Source of the DNA: an uncultured Candidatus Saccharibacteria bacterium
Lineage (GTDB): Bacteria; Patescibacteriota; Minisyncoccia; Phycocordibacterales; UBA2100
Direction: 5' to 3'
DNA length: 64,000 bases
NCBI GenBank assembly: GCA_964594735.1
Contig: CAZQMS010000006.1
Location: 13,982-77,981, forward strand
Below the pieces are notes generated by a model that saw nothing but the letters and a program-made list of their open reading frames with translations, was not told where the DNA came from and made no database searches. How positions within the stretch are numbered: position 1 is the first letter of the stretch; every line of letters starts with the position of its first letter. Shown one piece after another: positions 60,828-64,000 of this stretch. Position numbers and translations under genes: made by a program.

Positions 60828-62579
60828 ATGGTCAAGAAAATTGATTACGAAAAATGGTCGAAAGAGGAGTTGATAAAGGAGATCCAGCGAATCAAGGAAA
60901 CGACCTACGGCCTTGTGTGGCATAGGGATTTACCCGAGGAGAAAATCGACGTCCTCATAAATCCGGATGCTAGGACACCGAGCGAGATGTTCCCCAACGA
61001 AATGGCGGGCAAGCCTTTCCCCGTGCTGAAAGAGGTGAAATCAAAGGCGGTAGAAACCGACGCAAAAAAGCCAGTAAATATTCTCATTGAGGGCGATAAC
61101 TATCACTCGCTCGCCGTGCTCAACTTTACGCACCAAGAAGCGATTGATGTGATTTACATTGACCCGCCCTACAATACTGGAAACAATGACTTTATTTATA
61201 ACGATTTACAAGCACGCGTCGTCCAAAAAGATGATCCGTATCGGCACAGCAAGTGGCTTGCTTTCATGGAAAAGAGGTTGAAGCTTTCAAAAGGGCTACT
61301 CAAGAAAACCGGCGTGATTTTCATAAGTATTGATGACAACGAACAAGCTCCTCTAAAAATGCTCTGCGATGAAATTTTCGGAGAGAAAAATTTTATAGGA
61401 ATGTTTAAGTGGAATAGAGTCGCGAAAGCACCAAGTCTTTCGTATTCTATGAGAACGAAATATGAGTATATTCTCGCGTATTATAAAGAAACACGAATAG
61501 AGTTGTTTGGTAAAAGTTCATACAATACACAAGGACCTTTATGGCACTTGCCGAATAAAAGAGTCCAACTAAACTTTCCGGCTGGCAGTTTGAAAGTGAA
61601 GCAGACATTTAAGAAGGGTGACTACGGCGGATCGTACAAGGTGGAATTGCTTGACGATATTATTGAAGAAGGTGGTTTCAACAAAAATGACGTGAGAATC
61701 CTTGCCCATTCAGCGTGGGGTCAAGCAAGAATTAATCAATACTTAAAAGACGGGCTTACTTTTGAAATAAAGAAGACTCCGGCAACCGTATATACGACCC
61801 TAAACAGCGAGGGTAATTTCATTGCTCCCTCTGATTTAATAACGAAGGAAGAGTGTGGCGTTGAGACAAATACAGACGCAAGTGATGCATTGAAAGCCAT
61901 GGGGATTCCATTTGATGCTCCGAAGCCCGTGTCTCTAATAAAGTATCTGGCAAACATGGCCACGCACGACAACAAGTCGGCAGTTATACTCGACTTTTTT
62001 GCCGGTTCTGGGACTACGGGACATGCTGTTTTGGAATTGAACAAAGAGGATGGCGGCAATCGAAAGTTTATTCTGTGTACAAATAATGAGGAGCTTGATA
62101 ACAACGGAGGCAAAATCAAGCATAGGATTTCTACAGACATATGCTACCCGCGCGTGTCAAAAGTCATCAAAGGATACAAAACTACAGACGGGCAAAAAAT
62201 CGATGGACTAGCCGGCAATCTCAAATACTACACAACCGCATTTGTCGAAGCCGAGCCGTCGGACAGGAATAAACGCAAACTGGTGGACGAGTCGACCGAG
62301 ATGCTTTGCATCAAGGAGGCGGCGTTTGAATTGGTAAAGGAGGGCAAGGACTTCAAGATTTTCAAAAATACTGACAAGTATCTCGGCATCGTATTCCACG
62401 AGGACGCCATCGATTCGTACAAAGAGGCCATCAAGAAAATGGACGGGCATTTCAACACCTACGTCTTTTCGCTCGGCGACGAGCCTCACGAAAAAGAATT
62501 TGCTGATGTAAAAAGCAAAGTAACGCTCTGCGCTATCCCCGAAGTGATACTGAAAGTGTATCGGGAGATATTCAAATAA
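60828..62579 (+). CDS. mod: Type III restriction-modification methyltransferase (Mod, N6-adenine)
   Basis: Motif IV DPPY (IYIDPPYNTGNNDF) before motif I FFAGSGTTGHAV; 583 aa; about 42% GC. Confidence 0.85.
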   Translation: MVKKIDYEKWSKEELIKEIQRIKETTYGLVWHRDLPEEKIDVLINPDARTPSEMFPNEMAGKPFPVLKEVKSKAVETDAKKPVNILIEGDNYHSLAVLNFTHQEAIDVIYIDPPYNTGNNDFIYNDLQARVVQKDDPYRHSKWLAFMEKRLKLSKGLLKKTGVIFISIDDNEQAPLKMLCDEIFGEKNFIGMFKWNRVAKAPSLSYSMRTKYEYILAYYKETRIELFGKSSYNTQGPLWHLPNKRVQLNFPAGSLKVKQTFKKGDYGGSYKVELLDDIIEEGGFNKNDVRILAHSAWGQARINQYLKDGLTFEIKKTPATVYTTLNSEGNFIAPSDLITKEECGVETNTDASDALKAMGIPFDAPKPVSLIKYLANMATHDNKSAVILDFFAGSGTTGHAVLELNKEDGGNRKFILCTNNEELDNNGGKIKHRISTDICYPRVSKVIKGYKTTDGQKIDGLAGNLKYYTTAFVEAEPSDRNKRKLVDESTEMLCIKEAAFELVKEGKDFKIFKNTDKYLGIVFHEDAIDSYKEAIKKMDGHFNTYVFSLGDEPHEKEFADVKSKVTLCAIPEVILKVYREIFK

Positions 62580-62583
62580 AGAT

Positions 62584-64000
62584 ATGGCATGGATTCAATT
62601 CAAGGACTACCAAGAGACAGCCGTCGTTGACCTAAAACGCGAGTCAAACAAATTGCTCGATGCGGATGGCAACAAGGTGCTGATTTTCAAAGCGCCCACC
62701 GGCTCGGGCAAGACGTTGATGGTGGCCGAGTTTCTGAAGCGGCTTATCGACTCGCGTATCGATGGCAAGCATTTCTCTTTCGTATGGATAGCCGTCAATA
62801 AACTACACGACCAGAGCCGAAATAATCTAAAGAAATACTACGACCAGTACGGCGTGGGGCTAAAATGCTCCTATTTCTCCGATCTGCAAGAACGGAAAAT
62901 CGCCGAGAATGAAATCTTGTTTCTCAACTGGGCCAGTATCAACAAGGGTGAGAAAGGCATCATCACTCGCGCGAACGAGCGCGATAACAATCTAACGTCG
63001 GTCGTTCAACGCACGAAAGACGAGGGACGCATCGTCGTGCTCATCATCGATGAAAGTCATCATACAGCAAAGGGCGAAGAATCGTTGAAGGTTATTGAAG
63101 GAATCGCTCCAAAACTAACAATTGAAGTGTCCGCAACGCCTCAACTGAGAAGTCTCAAGGGTGTTGAAGTCGAACTGAAAGATGTAAGAAACGAGGGCAT
63201 GATAAAGAAAGAAATCGTCATAAACCCCGGCTTCGAGCACTATGTCATCGATAAGAAAAAGAACGATAAAACGGCAGACGAACTCGTGCTCGAAAGCGCG
63301 CTCAAGCGTCGTGCGGCGCTAAAAAAGAAACTCGAAGCCGAGGGGTCAAGTGTAAACCCACTACTGCTGATACAAATCCCCGATGCAAAAGCTGGACTTG
63401 CCGACAAGAAGGATGATGTAGTAAAAACGCTTGGTAAGTACGGCATAACGACCGAAGGCGGCAGACTCGCCATATACCTTTCCGAAAAAGACAATAAAAT
63501 AAACCTTGAGAATATTGAGAAGGACGAGAACGAAGTCGAGGTGATGATTTTCAAGCAAGCAATCGCGCTCGGCTGGGATTGTCCACGTGCGTCGCTTCTC
63601 GTCTTGTTCCGGCAGTGGCGGGAAGAAAACATGACATTTTCTATCCAAACGCTCGGACGCATTATGCGTATGCCGGAGCAGAAACACTACGACGACAACG
63701 AATTGAATCTCGGCTATGTTTTTACGAGTCTGCCGGATATCAAGGTCGCCGAGGATATTTCCCGCGAGTACATCACGGTATACGAGGGCAAACGGCGGGA
63801 CGACTACAAGGATATAAACCTCGAATCATGGCACTCAAAGCGGTTCCGTGAGGAAACGCGGCTCTCGCCGGATTTTGATCCTATTTTCCTCGATGCGGCA
63901 AAAGCGCTCAAAACAATGTCGCGCATAAAAAAAGACCACAGTATCGTCGACACGAAGCTCGTAGCGAGCGGCCGTATCTACGACATCGATCAGGAAGCAA
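62584..64000 (+). CDS. res: Type III restriction enzyme Res subunit (helicase domain), 3' end truncated by window
   Basis: Walker A KAPTGSGKT, DEAH-like IIDESHH; starts 5 nt after mod stop; not in ORF track because there is no stop codon in the window. Confidence 0.8.
   Translation, partial: MAWIQFKDYQETAVVDLKRESNKLLDADGNKVLIFKAPTGSGKTLMVAEFLKRLIDSRIDGKHFSFVWIAVNKLHDQSRNNLKKYYDQYGVGLKCSYFSDLQERKIAENEILFLNWASINKGEKGIITRANERDNNLTSVVQRTKDEGRIVVLIIDESHHTAKGEESLKVIEGIAPKLTIEVSATPQLRSLKGVEVELKDVRNEGMIKKEIVINPGFEHYVIDKKKNDKTADELVLESALKRRAALKKKLEAEGSSVNPLLLIQIPDAKAGLADKKDDVVKTLGKYGITTEGGRLAIYLSEKDNKINLENIEKDENEVEVMIFKQAIALGWDCPRASLLVLFRQWREENMTFSIQTLGRIMRMPEQKHYDDNELNLGYVFTSLPDIKVAEDISREYITVYEGKRRDDYKDINLESWHSKRFREETRLSPDFDPIFLDAAKALKTMSRIKKDHSIVDTKLVASGRIYDIDQEA

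Overview
This is a 64 kb window from a high-GC (about 60%) bacterial chromosome. Most genes are on the + strand, and TGA is used as a stop codon alongside an SPF-type release factor 2, so the standard code applies. A lineage guess is inference only: the absence of a secretin in the pilus locus, a TM-anchored substrate-binding protein, a short RF2 and an IMPDH without CBS domains suggest a monoderm or Patescibacteria-like organism.

Content in order:
- **1-4.9 kb:** a 5'-truncated PAS/HAMP sensor histidine kinase, followed by three tandem paralogous PF04392-type ABC substrate-binding proteins.
- **5.3-10.1 kb:** tRNA-Ser(GCU), then a low-GC island of about 4.7 kb bounded by direct repeats of the tRNA-Ser 3' end. 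It carries small membrane proteins and a LexA/CI-like S24 repressor, and no integrase.
- **10.1-22.1 kb:** ComFC, pterin dehydratase, then a complete type IV pilus locus. The order is pilM-pilN-pilO-pilP-like-pilB-REC-pilT-pilC-pilin-pilD, followed by four pseudopilins. No secretin is present.
- **22.1-34.2 kb:** ligA, gatC and gatA, then a TM-anchored HEPN-like protein. A tRNA cluster follows (fMet, Met, Asp, Thr, Thr) with a low-GC HNH endonuclease between the two tRNA-Thr genes. Then come prfB, ftsE, ftsX, pyrG, an EEP-family protein and a CBS-less IMPDH.
- **34.2-57 kb:** an unknown three-gene unit, capA, tRNA-Gln, cupin, PNPOx-like and HI0933 flavoprotein genes, and a DEAD-box helicase. 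Next is a large surface protein with a peptidoglycan-binding domain, PTY repeats and IPT domains. The remainder comprises sanA, a GH18 hydrolase, a patatin-like protein, a DsbA-like protein, typA, a PRTase, msrB, a vWA protein, an MliC-like protein, sppA, a DUF1905 protein, an HD hydrolase and a DUF378 protein.
- **57-64 kb:** a lower-GC defence island with Fic, DUF2726-like, GIY-YIG and Mrr genes, then a Type III restriction-modification pair (Mod, with Res truncated by the window end). A repeated junction motif of about 25 nt and two copies of a hairpin plus purine-rich module punctuate the first four genes in a cassette-like way. This is the most unusual part of the window.

No rRNA, CRISPR array or cas genes were seen.
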